Shown here: positions 28,178 to 37,456 of the stretch, piece by piece | Layout: each line of letters begins with the position of its first letter | Position numbering within the stretch: position 1 is the stretch's first letter | NCBI GenBank assembly: GCA_965267575.1 | Contig: OZ254086.1 | Coordinates: 2,976,001 to 3,040,000 of the forward strand | Reading direction: 5' to 3' | Source: Calditrichales bacterium | Lineage (GTDB): Bacteria > Calditrichota > Calditrichia > Calditrichales > J004 | DNA: 64,000 nt | The notes under the pieces: model-generated | What the model was told of the DNA's origin: nothing | The model's input: only the letters and a program-made list of their open reading frames with translations | The model's database searches: none | Position numbers and translations under genes: made by a program

Positions 28178-29593
28178 ATGAATACAAGCGACGAACCCGG
28201 AAACGCGGGTTTTGCCATTACTAATACTGCGCGCAACGGCATACGCGTGTTATTGATTGGTGGAAATACCGACGGTAAGCAGCTTCTTGAACAGTTTAGC
28301 AGTGATCCCTCCATTCACGTTGTCGCCGTAGTCGACAAAAACCGCAAAAGCCCTGGAATTTTACTCGCGCAAAAGAAGAATATCACCACATCAGATAATT
28401 ATCAGGATTTTATTCGTGATGAAACGTTGGAGCTGATTATCAACGTTACAGGCGATAAAGATCTGCAGCATCAGCTCATGATCGAAAAAGCTACGGGGAC
28501 TATTCTCATCGGTCGCGTGAGCGCGATGCTTATCTGGACGATGGTGGATGAAACAAGCAAGCGAAAGATTCTGGAAAATTATCTTAGTCTAAATATTAAA
28601 AAGTATGCCATTCATGAAATGGTGATGGGGCATACGCCGCAGATGCGCGAAATCGGCAGCATGATCAGTCATGTTGCGCCAACACCTACGACTGTACTCA
28701 TCCGCGGCGAAAGCGGAACGGGTAAGGAAATGGTGGCGCGTGCCATTCACCAAATAAGCCCCTGGCGTGATGCCCCCATGGTAACCGTGAACTGCACCGC
28801 CATAAGCGCGTCTCTGGTGGACAGTGAGCTGTTTGGGTATAAAAAGGGTGCTTTTACCGGGGCCACCGAAGACCGCCTGGGATTGCTGCAGATGGCCAAC
28901 AACGGCACCGTGTTCCTGGACGAAATTGGTGATATGCCCATGGAAATGCAGGGGAAGCTTTTACGCTTTCTGCAATCCGGTGAGATTCGGCCGGTTGGCA
29001 GTTTTGAAACTTCACGCGTCAACGTGCGCATCATCGCGGCCACAAACCGCAAGCTGGAGCAGGCCATCGAACAGGGCCAGTTCAGGGCAGACCTGTTTTT
29101 CCGATTGAATGCTTTCAGTATTGAACTTCCCTCCCTGCGCGAACGCCGTGAGGATATCAACCTTTTGGCTTACTACTTTGTTCGCAGCGCCCAACAGAAG
29201 TTTAACAAAGACATTTCGACAATATCTGATGCGGCAAAAGAGACCTTGTACGACTATCACTGGCCCGGAAATATTCGTGAACTAAAAAATGTGATTGAAC
29301 GCGCGGTAATCATGTCTAATGGAAGCACTCTGGAGGTTGCTGATCTGCCGATACGCAATGGAAAAGCGCCGGAGAAGCCAGAAGAAAATATGGCGATCGA
29401 CACGGCGCTTGGTTTGATGAGGCTAAAAGACGAGAATCTTTCACTTTTTGAGAAAAAAGCGCTGACCTGTTATTTGCAAATTTCCAATGGCAATATTTCC
29501 CGGGCAGCCGAGGAAGCCAAAGTACCTCGCCGCACCTTCCAAAGACTGATAGCAAAACACCGCATTGATCCCACGCGTTTTAAAAAATCCTGA
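28178..29593 (+). CDS. Sigma-54-dependent transcriptional activator (bEBP) with N-terminal Rossmann-like domain
   Basis: GESGTGKE, ELFG..KGAFTGA, FLDEIGDM, RIIAATNR, WPGNIREL, Fis-type HTH; N-terminus RVLLIGG...VVAVVDKN..SPG resembles the BkdR N-terminus. Confidence 0.92.
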   Translation: MNTSDEPGNAGFAITNTARNGIRVLLIGGNTDGKQLLEQFSSDPSIHVVAVVDKNRKSPGILLAQKKNITTSDNYQDFIRDETLELIINVTGDKDLQHQLMIEKATGTILIGRVSAMLIWTMVDETSKRKILENYLSLNIKKYAIHEMVMGHTPQMREIGSMISHVAPTPTTVLIRGESGTGKEMVARAIHQISPWRDAPMVTVNCTAISASLVDSELFGYKKGAFTGATEDRLGLLQMANNGTVFLDEIGDMPMEMQGKLLRFLQSGEIRPVGSFETSRVNVRIIAATNRKLEQAIEQGQFRADLFFRLNAFSIELPSLRERREDINLLAYYFVRSAQQKFNKDISTISDAAKETLYDYHWPGNIRELKNVIERAVIMSNGSTLEVADLPIRNGKAPEKPEENMAIDTALGLMRLKDENLSLFEKKALTCYLQISNGNISRAAEEAKVPRRTFQRLIAKHRIDPTRFKKS

Positions 29594-29600
29594 AGAATGC

Positions 29601-29618
29601 TGCGACAGCAGTGACGCA
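29601..29618. promoter_or_regulatory. Putative bEBP enhancer (UAS) 1
   Basis: Near-palindrome TGCGACAGCAGTGACGCA. Confidence 0.6.
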
Positions 29619-29718
29619 CATCGCCCAACGCCTAAAAGCTTGGTTTAAGTTTATAATTTTATTGCACTTAGTTTATGTTTTACGGTTTTATAGCTGAATC
29701 ACAATTTTACAAACGATC

Positions 29719-29736
29719 TGCGACACTGACGTCGCA
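29719..29736. promoter_or_regulatory. Putative bEBP enhancer (UAS) 2
   Basis: Palindrome TGCGAC-ACTGAC-GTCGCA, same 18-bp geometry as UAS 1. Confidence 0.65.
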
Positions 29737-29845
29737 TCCAAAGTTAATTCAATATCCTGCCATTCTCTTACCGCTCATTGCCTAAGCCCAAATAAAACAA
29801 TTGCTTAAGGCTAAATTAAAATGTCCAAATATCCGCCGGCCCTTT

Positions 29846-29862
29846 CTGGCATGTTTTTAGCT
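29846..29862 (+). promoter_or_regulatory. Sigma-54 (-24/-12) promoter of the porin-permease-acs operon
   Basis: CTGGCATGTTTTTAGCT: GG at 29848-49 and GC at 29860-61 give the canonical spacing. Confidence 0.75.
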
Positions 29863-29929
29863 TTATGGGATGTTTTATCAACTTTCTGAATTTCCTAAAC
29901 CGTTTATCAACTTTAAGGGGGGCTGTATC

Positions 29930-31087
29930 ATGAACAAAAGGTTATGTGTGTTAGGTTTGCTTTTAACCTTTGGCGTTGGTTTGGCACAAGAGAACGATTT
30001 CGGAATAAAGTTTTCCGGATTTGTTAAGAATGATGCCTTTTACGACACGCGTCAGGTAGTGTCGGTACGCGAAGGTCATTTCCTGTTATATCCTGCTGCG
30101 GTTTCGGATGTAAACGACAATCCAAGCTTTAATATACTTGCGATTCAGACACGTCTTAGAGGTAACATTACAGCACCGGACGCTTTTGGCGCGAAGGTAG
30201 GCGGTGCTATCGAAGGCGCGTTTTTTGGACATTCCGATGCGGATGTAAATGGGTTCCGCTTAAGGCATGCTTTTGTAACATTTACGTGGGACAAGACGCA
30301 ACTGCTTTTCGGACAGTTTTGGCATCCAATGTTTGTAACAGCAGTTTTCCCACATGTTGTCTCTTTTAATACGGGCGTCCCTTTTCAGCCGTTTTCAAGA
30401 AACCCGCAAATAAGATTAACACAAACAATGGGGGACGGCATTCAGTTGATTGTGGCGGCCATGTCGCAGCGCGATTTCGCCAGTTCGGGTGGCAGCATGG
30501 CTCTTCGTAATGCCGTTGTGCCCAATCTTCATGGTCAATTACAGATTACTTCCGGGCAGCACGTCTTTGGCGCAGGTGTGGATTATAAGATGCTCAAACC
30601 AGATCTCTCATCGGATGAAACCGTTTCAGGCATCTCATTTATCGGTTATGCCAAAGTTGTTATGAATGCCGTTACCATAAAGGCAGAAGGCGTGCTTGGT
30701 CAGAATCTTACCGATCTTCTAATGCTGGGTGGTTACGCAATGAAAGCGGGAAGCGCGGAATACGTGGCCACGGACGTTCTTTCGGTTTGGGGAGAAATTC
30801 AAACCAACGGGCCCGGCATGCAATTTGGCTTGTTTGGCGGATATGCACAAAACCAGGGAACAAGCGACGCCATTGATCCTGCCAGCCTCGCTGTTCGCGG
30901 CAGTAACATCGATAACGTTATGCGCATCTCGCCGCGGGTTATCTGGAACTCCGGCAAGGCTCGCTTTGCTTTGGAGACAGAGTACACAGTAGCAGCTTAT
31001 GGAACAGCAGACTCCAAACTAAGCGTCTCCAATACAAAAAACGCCGACAATATCCGGGTTTTGTTTGCTACATACCTTTTCTTTTAA
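29930..31087 (+). CDS. DcaP-like outer-membrane porin
   Basis: Start moved to ATG 29930 (AAGGGGG RBS, downstream of the promoter); signal peptide; FSGFVKND, FRLRHAFV, LFGQFW, RNPQIR; terminal Phe. Confidence 0.7.
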   Translation: MNKRLCVLGLLLTFGVGLAQENDFGIKFSGFVKNDAFYDTRQVVSVREGHFLLYPAAVSDVNDNPSFNILAIQTRLRGNITAPDAFGAKVGGAIEGAFFGHSDADVNGFRLRHAFVTFTWDKTQLLFGQFWHPMFVTAVFPHVVSFNTGVPFQPFSRNPQIRLTQTMGDGIQLIVAAMSQRDFASSGGSMALRNAVVPNLHGQLQITSGQHVFGAGVDYKMLKPDLSSDETVSGISFIGYAKVVMNAVTIKAEGVLGQNLTDLLMLGGYAMKAGSAEYVATDVLSVWGEIQTNGPGMQFGLFGGYAQNQGTSDAIDPASLAVRGSNIDNVMRISPRVIWNSGKARFALETEYTVAAYGTADSKLSVSNTKNADNIRVLFATYLFF

Positions 31088-31151
31088 GAGGCAAGGTTTA
31101 AAAGAAAGCTAATTTATCCACGAAAAATCAATTACAAAAAGGGGGCTTTTT

Positions 31152-31409
31152 ATGAGTGAAAAGAATTTGCAGCAGTACTGGAAAAGAAACATTCGCTATG
31201 TCAGTATTCTGCTCGTCATCTGGTTTACGGTTTCCTATCTATTTGGGATTCTGCTTGTTGAACAGTTAAACACGATTCGCTTTTTTGGCTTTAAAATGGG
31301 CTTTTGGTTTGCCCAGCAGGGCTCGGAGATCGTTTTTGTTATCCTGATCTTTGTGTATGTGTCCTGGATGAACAAGCTCGATCGCGAATTTGATGTTCAC
31401 GAAGAATAA
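31152..31409 (+). CDS. DUF4212 family small subunit of solute:sodium symporter
   Basis: YWKRN...WFTVS...GFWFAQQGS...MNKLDREFDV motif. Confidence 0.88.
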   Translation: MSEKNLQQYWKRNIRYVSILLVIWFTVSYLFGILLVEQLNTIRFFGFKMGFWFAQQGSEIVFVILIFVYVSWMNKLDREFDVHEE

Positions 31410-31434
31410 ACTTGAAAAATAGAAAGGTGAAACC

Positions 31435-33123
31435 ATGAGTATTATTGCCTGGACCTGGATTATAGTGGGCTTGACATTCGCGCTTTACATCGGTATCGCG
31501 ATCTGGTCTCGTGCCCGCAGTACAAGTGATTTTTATGTTGCCCATCGCGGAGTTCATCCTATCGCCAACGGTATGGCAACCGGTGCGGACTGGATGTCCG
31601 CGGCATCATTTATTTCAATGGCCGGTCTGATTTCATTTCTGGGAATGGACGGCGCCGTTTACCTGATGGGCTGGACGGGCGGATACGTGTTGCTGGCCCT
31701 TTTGCTGGCTCCTTATTTACGCAAGTTTGGTAAGTTTACTGTGCCGGACTTTGTTGGTACCCGATACTATTCGGACATTGCCCGCGTCGTTGCGGTTGTA
31801 TGTGCGATTTTCGTTTCCTTTACTTATGTGGCAGGTCAAATGCGCGGCGTGGGGATTGTATTCTCGCGCTTTCTGGAAACGGACATTAACACCGGTGTCA
31901 TCATCGGTATGGCTATTGTTTTCATCTACGCCGTTATGGGTGGTATGAAGGGTATTACCTATACACAGGTAGCCCAGTATGTCGTCTTGATTATTGCTTA
32001 TCTGATCCCTGCCATTTTTATTTCCATTTTGCTTACCGGTAATCCGATTCCGCAATTGGGATTTGGCAGCACCCTTTCGGAAAGCGGTACATACCTGCTG
32101 GATAAACTGGACAATCTGAACCAGGCGCTTGGGTTTAGTGCCTACACGGAACGGGGGGCAAAAAGTACCATTGATGTATTCTTTATTACGGCGGCGCTGA
32201 TGGTGGGTACAGCCGGTCTGCCGCATGTTATTATCCGCTTCTTCACCGTTCCGAAAGTTTCTGATGCCCGTAAGTCTGCAGGTTACGCACTCTTATTTAT
32301 TGCTATCCTTTATACAACGGCTCCGGCAGTTGCAGCATTTGCGCGCACCAATATGATCCAGACTCTGAACGAAACGCCCTATGAACAGGCACCTGCATGG
32401 CTCACAAACTGGGAGCAAACCAACCTGATAAAGTTTGAGGACAAAAACGAAGACGGCATTATTCAATACCGCAAAGATCCTGAGGCAAACGAATTGACCA
32501 TAGACCGCGATATTATCGTTCTGGCAAACCCTGAGATTGCCCAACTGCCGAATTGGGTAGTGGCGCTGGTGGCGGCGGGCGGACTCGCGGCAGCACTTTC
32601 TACCGCTGCAGGGTTGCTGCTTGTTATTTCCACGTCAATTTCACATGACCTCATTAAAAATGTAATAGCGCGGGAGACAACCGAAAAACAGGAACTCGTC
32701 TACGCCCGTGTCGCCGCCGGGTTTGCTGTTTTGCTGGCCGGCTATTTCGGAATCAATCCTCCCGGCTTTGTGGCGCAGGTGGTCGCCTTTGCTTTCGGGT
32801 TGGCCGCCTCATCATTCTTCCCGGTTATCATTCTTGGGATCTTTTCCAAAAAGACTACCAAGGAAGCGGCTATTAGCGGTATGATAGTTGGTATCTTGTT
32901 AACCGCAGGCTATATCATCTACTTCAAGTTCATAAACCCGGCTGCAAATACGGCCGACCACTGGTGGTTTGGCATTTCGCCCGAGGGTATCGGTACCGTT
33001 GGTATGGTTGTCAATTTTATCGTGGCCATAGTCGTATCGAAATTCACGGCCGCGCCACCGGATGACGTGCAGCAGATGATTGAAGATATACGCGTGCCTC
33101 GTGAACTGAGGTCGGGAATGTAA
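31435..33123 (+). CDS. actP: Sodium:solute symporter, ActP-like (VC_2705-type) monocarboxylate permease
   Basis: NGMATGADWMSAASFISMAG, KFTVPDF, GTAGLPHVIIRFF, AAALSTAAGLLL; context next to acs. Confidence 0.85.
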   Translation: MSIIAWTWIIVGLTFALYIGIAIWSRARSTSDFYVAHRGVHPIANGMATGADWMSAASFISMAGLISFLGMDGAVYLMGWTGGYVLLALLLAPYLRKFGKFTVPDFVGTRYYSDIARVVAVVCAIFVSFTYVAGQMRGVGIVFSRFLETDINTGVIIGMAIVFIYAVMGGMKGITYTQVAQYVVLIIAYLIPAIFISILLTGNPIPQLGFGSTLSESGTYLLDKLDNLNQALGFSAYTERGAKSTIDVFFITAALMVGTAGLPHVIIRFFTVPKVSDARKSAGYALLFIAILYTTAPAVAAFARTNMIQTLNETPYEQAPAWLTNWEQTNLIKFEDKNEDGIIQYRKDPEANELTIDRDIIVLANPEIAQLPNWVVALVAAGGLAAALSTAAGLLLVISTSISHDLIKNVIARETTEKQELVYARVAAGFAVLLAGYFGINPPGFVAQVVAFAFGLAASSFFPVIILGIFSKKTTKEAAISGMIVGILLTAGYIIYFKFINPAANTADHWWFGISPEGIGTVGMVVNFIVAIVVSKFTAAPPDDVQQMIEDIRVPRELRSGM

Positions 33124-33133
33124 GACCGTTTTT

Positions 33134-33197
33134 ACCGGGCAGGATCTGGCTACCTGTGGATTGGCAGCTTTCGGGGATAAGATCCTGCCCGGTTTTT
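33134..33197 (+). terminator. 14-bp perfect inverted repeat with T-tail between permease and acs
   Basis: ACCGGGCAGGATCT (33134-33147) / AGATCCTGCCCGGT (33180-33193) followed by TTTT. Confidence 0.55.
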
Positions 33198-33238
33198 AAC
33201 AGGATGTGAAACATATTTAATTTCCGGAGGTGATTTCC

Positions 33239-35146
33239 ATGGCTGGTAATAACAAGCAATCTAACGAAGCGGATATCTATTATCCCTCGCAACAGGTTAT
33301 TGACAAGGCCAATGTAAAAGAATATGACGCTCTTTATAAAAAATCTATTGAAGATCGTGAAAGTTTTTGGGCGGAACAGGCAGCCAACCTGGAGTGGTTT
33401 GCCAAGTGGGAAAAAGTACTGGATGACAGCAATAAACCCTTTTATAAATGGTTCAGCGGTGGCAAGATAAATATTATCCACAACGCCATAGACCGGCATT
33501 TGAAAAACTGGCGCCGCAATAAACTGGCTATTATTTGGGAAGGCGAGCCGGGTGATGTTAAGACCTACTCCTATCACGCCCTAAACCGTGAAGTATCCAA
33601 GATGGCCAATATCTTAAAAAGCATGGGCGTGCGTAAGGGCGATATTGTGACTATCTATATGCCGCAAATCCCCGAACTGGCTTTTGCCATGCTGGCCTGC
33701 GCGAAGATAGGCGCGGCACACAGCGTGGTATATGGAGGTTTCAGCGTAGAGGCTTTGGCTGATCGTATAGACGATGCGAAAAGCCGGGTCTTGGTAACTG
33801 CCGATGGTGGTTTCCGCCGCGGTAAAGTGGCCGACCTGAAAGGCATCGTTAATGAAGCAATCAAGAGATCTCCTACCATTGAAGCATGTATTACGGTTAA
33901 GCGAACGGGGCATGAAGTATATATGGAAAATGACCGTGATTTTTGGTATCACGAACTTTGTTCTCTACCGATTGCCAGCCCCAAATGCGAAACGGAAGTG
34001 ATGGATGCCGAGGATATGCTTTTTATTCTCTATACCTCCGGCACTACCGGCAAGCCAAAGGGGGTTTTACACACGCATGGCGGCTATGCCGTTTACACAT
34101 CTACCACGCACAAAACAGTTTTTGATATTCAGGATGAAGATCGTTGGTGGTGCGCGGCTGATCCCGGCTGGATTACGGGCCATAGCTACATCGTTTACGC
34201 GCCGCTTATTAATGGCAGCACAATTATGATGTATGAAGGGGCGCCCAATCACCCCTATCCCAATCGCTGGTGGCAAATTGTTGAAAAATATGGCATTACA
34301 ATCCTTTACACTTCACCGACTGCCATACGCGGCCTTATGCGTTTTGGTGACCAGTGGCCGAGACGTCACGATATTAGTTCTTTGCGCTTGCTGGGCAGCG
34401 TGGGCGAGCCCATTAATCCCGAGGCCTGGCGCTGGTACTATAATGTGATTGGCGGCGAACGCTGCCCGATAATGGATACATGGTGGCAAACGGAAACAGG
34501 TGGATTTATGATTACTCCTCTACCTGTAACGCCATTAAAGCCCGGCTCGGCCACCAAGCCTTTCTTTGGAAACGAAGTGGCTGTGGTGGACGATGACGGA
34601 AATGAAGTTGCGCCCAATGAAGAAGGCAAACTTGTTATTAAAAATCCATGGCCGGGCATGGCGCGAACCATCTATGGCGATCCTGAACGCTACCAGGATA
34701 CCTATTGGAAAACCTACGAAAAGCAGGGCTGGTATACGGCCGGTGATTCCGCACGCATCGATGATGACGGTTATATCTGGGTTATTGGCCGGATCGACGA
34801 TGTGATTAAAGTTAGCGGCTATCGCCTTGGTACCGCTGAGATCGAAAGTGCCCTGGTCAGCCATTCCGATGTGGCTGAAGCTGCCGCCATAGCTTTGCCG
34901 CACGAACTGAAGGGTAACGCCATTCACGCCTATGTAATTCTACGCGCAGGAGTGGCAGGCGCCAATGAACTGGGCGATAAGCTTAAAGATCATGTTTCCA
35001 GAGAAATGGGACCGATTGCCCGGCCTGAAACGATAACATTTGTTGATGCGCTTCCTAAAACGCGTAGCGGAAAAATAATGCGGCGATTGCTGAAAGCGCG
35101 CGCTCAGGGCTTGGATGAAGGTGACACCAGTACCCTGGAAGAATAA
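33239..35146 (+). CDS. acs: Acetate--CoA ligase (acetyl-CoA synthetase)
   Basis: YTSGTTGKPKG, ADPGWITGHSY, GSVGEPINP, DTWWQTETG, PKTRSGKIMRR; GGAGG RBS favours ATG 33239. Confidence 0.93.
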   Translation: MAGNNKQSNEADIYYPSQQVIDKANVKEYDALYKKSIEDRESFWAEQAANLEWFAKWEKVLDDSNKPFYKWFSGGKINIIHNAIDRHLKNWRRNKLAIIWEGEPGDVKTYSYHALNREVSKMANILKSMGVRKGDIVTIYMPQIPELAFAMLACAKIGAAHSVVYGGFSVEALADRIDDAKSRVLVTADGGFRRGKVADLKGIVNEAIKRSPTIEACITVKRTGHEVYMENDRDFWYHELCSLPIASPKCETEVMDAEDMLFILYTSGTTGKPKGVLHTHGGYAVYTSTTHKTVFDIQDEDRWWCAADPGWITGHSYIVYAPLINGSTIMMYEGAPNHPYPNRWWQIVEKYGITILYTSPTAIRGLMRFGDQWPRRHDISSLRLLGSVGEPINPEAWRWYYNVIGGERCPIMDTWWQTETGGFMITPLPVTPLKPGSATKPFFGNEVAVVDDDGNEVAPNEEGKLVIKNPWPGMARTIYGDPERYQDTYWKTYEKQGWYTAGDSARIDDDGYIWVIGRIDDVIKVSGYRLGTAEIESALVSHSDVAEAAAIALPHELKGNAIHAYVILRAGVAGANELGDKLKDHVSREMGPIARPETITFVDALPKTRSGKIMRRLLKARAQGLDEGDTSTLEE

Positions 35147-35220
35147 TATATTGACGGTAATCGAGATAATAGGCAGGTTGTGAATTTTCTTGGAAAAATC
35201 ATTTCAAAATGGAGTATGTC

Positions 35221-37134
35221 ATGCGCTATCAGGAAGTATACAATCAATCCATAAAAAATCCTGAAGGGTTTTGGGCGGAACAGGCAGAAGATATTTTCTG
35301 GTTCCAAAAGCCGGAGAGTGTGCTTTCAAAGGATAAAAAAGGATTTTACCGCTGGTATAAAGGCGGCATGCTCAACACAGCCTACCTGGCTCTCGATTAC
35401 CATATTGAAACCGGCTATGGCGATCAGATCGCTTTGATCTATGATTCGCCGGTTACTGGCAAAAAACAAAAATTTACCTATCAGGAGTTGCGCGATAAAG
35501 TGGCGGCATTCAGCGGCGCCTTGCTTTCCCTCGGTGTGCGCAAGGGCGATCGTGTTGTGATTTATATGCCAATGATCCCGGAAGCAGTGATATCCATGCT
35601 TGGGTGCGCACGAATAGGCGCCATTCATTCCGTCGTGTTTGGCGGTTTCGCGCCGCATGAGCTGGCAATACGTATTGATGACGCTAAGCCCAAGGTTGTT
35701 ATCACCGCCAGCAACGGTATAGAATTTACGCGTGTTATTGCTTATAAGCCTTTAGTGGACAGCGCCATAAAACAGGCAAAACATAAACCGGAGTATTGTG
35801 TTGTTCTGCAACGGGAGCAGATGCAGGCGGAATTAAATAAATCCGGAGATATCGACTATAACGAACTTGTGGCCAAAGCAAGGCCCGGCGCCTATATACC
35901 GGTAGACTCGACCGACCCTCTTTACATTCTTTATACGTCTGGTACAACGGGCAAGCCCAAAGGTATTGTACGTGATAATGGCGGCCATGCAGTGGCTCTG
36001 AAGGCCAGTATAAAAAACATCTACGGGATAAACCGCGGTGACGTTTATTGGGCGGCATCTGATGTCGGCTGGGTGGTTGGTCACTCCTATATTGTTTATG
36101 CGCCTTTATTGGCCGGTGCTACAACCATATTGTTTGAAGGCAAGCCTGTTCGTACGCCGCATGCCGGTGTTTTTTGGCGTGTCCTGGCAGATTATAAAGT
36201 AAAGACTTTCTTCACCGCGCCTACTGCTTTCCGTGCCATGAAAAAGGAAGACCCTTTCGGCAGCTTTGCAAAAAATTACGATTTCAGCAATCTGAAATAT
36301 CTGTTTCTCGCGGGAGAACGGCTCGATCCGCCAACCTATTTCTGGCTTAAAGATTTGCTACCGGGCAAGCCGATTGTCGATCACTGGTGGCAAACGGAAT
36401 CGGGTTGGCCGATGGTTGCTAATCCTATGGGCATAGAGCAATTTGAAGTGAAAGCCGGCTCTGCAACGAAACCTGTCTACGGCTATGACGTGCAGGTTCT
36501 CGATGATGACGGCAAGCAGGTGAGGGCCAAAAGCGAAGGTAATATCGCCGTCAAGCTGCCGCTGCCGCCGGGGTGCCTGCCCACTTTATGGAACGATGAA
36601 AAGCGCTTTCGTGCATCCTACCTTGAGCGTTTCCCCGGTTACTACCACACCGGGGACGGGGGATATATCGATGAGGACGGTTATGTCTTTATTATGGGGC
36701 GAACCGACGATGTCATAAACGTGGCCGGGCACCGTCTTTCCACCGGTGCCATGGAAGAGCTTATCGCCAGCCATCCGGCCGTTGCAGAGTGCGCTGTTGT
36801 TGGATTAAATGATGAATTACGAGGACAGGTACCCGCCGGGTTTATTGTAATCAAAGACAGGTATAAGGTTGATGAGTATTCATTAAGCGGAGAGCTGGTT
36901 CAAATGATTCGTGAAGAAATCGGTTCTTTTGCTTACTTCCGCCAAACCGCCGTGGTTAAACGTCTGCCAAAAACACGATCGGGTAAAATATTGCGCCACA
37001 TAATTCGCAAAATGGCTGATGGTGAAGAATTCAATGTTCCTTCCACAATTGATGATGTTAAAATTCTTGATGAGATAAAAGAAGTATTGTATGATAAGCA
37101 AATCGGCAAGGCTTTCCAGACCGATGGCATCTAG
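35221..37134 (+). CDS. prpE: Propionyl-CoA/short-chain acyl-CoA synthetase (PrpE-like)
   Basis: YTSGTTGKPKGIVRDNGGHAV, ASDVGWVVGHSY, LAGERLD, DHWWQTE, PKTRSGKILR; start 35221 (or 35209). Confidence 0.8.
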   Translation: MRYQEVYNQSIKNPEGFWAEQAEDIFWFQKPESVLSKDKKGFYRWYKGGMLNTAYLALDYHIETGYGDQIALIYDSPVTGKKQKFTYQELRDKVAAFSGALLSLGVRKGDRVVIYMPMIPEAVISMLGCARIGAIHSVVFGGFAPHELAIRIDDAKPKVVITASNGIEFTRVIAYKPLVDSAIKQAKHKPEYCVVLQREQMQAELNKSGDIDYNELVAKARPGAYIPVDSTDPLYILYTSGTTGKPKGIVRDNGGHAVALKASIKNIYGINRGDVYWAASDVGWVVGHSYIVYAPLLAGATTILFEGKPVRTPHAGVFWRVLADYKVKTFFTAPTAFRAMKKEDPFGSFAKNYDFSNLKYLFLAGERLDPPTYFWLKDLLPGKPIVDHWWQTESGWPMVANPMGIEQFEVKAGSATKPVYGYDVQVLDDDGKQVRAKSEGNIAVKLPLPPGCLPTLWNDEKRFRASYLERFPGYYHTGDGGYIDEDGYVFIMGRTDDVINVAGHRLSTGAMEELIASHPAVAECAVVGLNDELRGQVPAGFIVIKDRYKVDEYSLSGELVQMIREEIGSFAYFRQTAVVKRLPKTRSGKILRHIIRKMADGEEFNVPSTIDDVKILDEIKEVLYDKQIGKAFQTDGI

Positions 37135-37160
37135 TACAATATCCGGCACAAAGGAACATT

Positions 37161-37370
37161 ATGAGACTTAACAAAAAACAATCGGTCATATTTACCGCAA
37201 TTTATGTGTTTTTAACGCTCCTACTGCGTTTCTACATTGAGCCTTACCTTGCGGGTCACTATTTAATTTCCATCGGCATCGGCCTCTATTTTGTATTGCT
37301 CTATTGGGTGTTACTGCACAAGAAGTTTCTTAATTTCCGCGAAGAGAAAGGCAATTCTTTAAAGGCCTGA
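37161..37370 (+). CDS. Small membrane protein (2 TM)
   Basis: AAGGA RBS; 69 aa with two hydrophobic helices; lies within the operon. Confidence 0.6.
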   Translation: MRLNKKQSVIFTAIYVFLTLLLRFYIEPYLAGHYLISIGIGLYFVLLYWVLLHKKFLNFREEKGNSLKA

Positions 37371-37456
37371 AAACTCCAAATCTACATTGATTTTAGCTTT
37401 AATAATATCTTAGATTATTATCATAAAAATAGCTATACATTAATGATGGAAGCCTT

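Noticed and set aside
29870..29929. Longer porin start
   Set aside because: It would begin at or before the predicted sigma-54 TSS, and the signal peptide starts at 29930.
33365..35287. 19-nt direct repeat TTTTGGGCGGAACAGGCAG at 33365 and 35269
   Set aside because: Encodes the conserved FWAEQA of the two ligase paralogues; not an att site.
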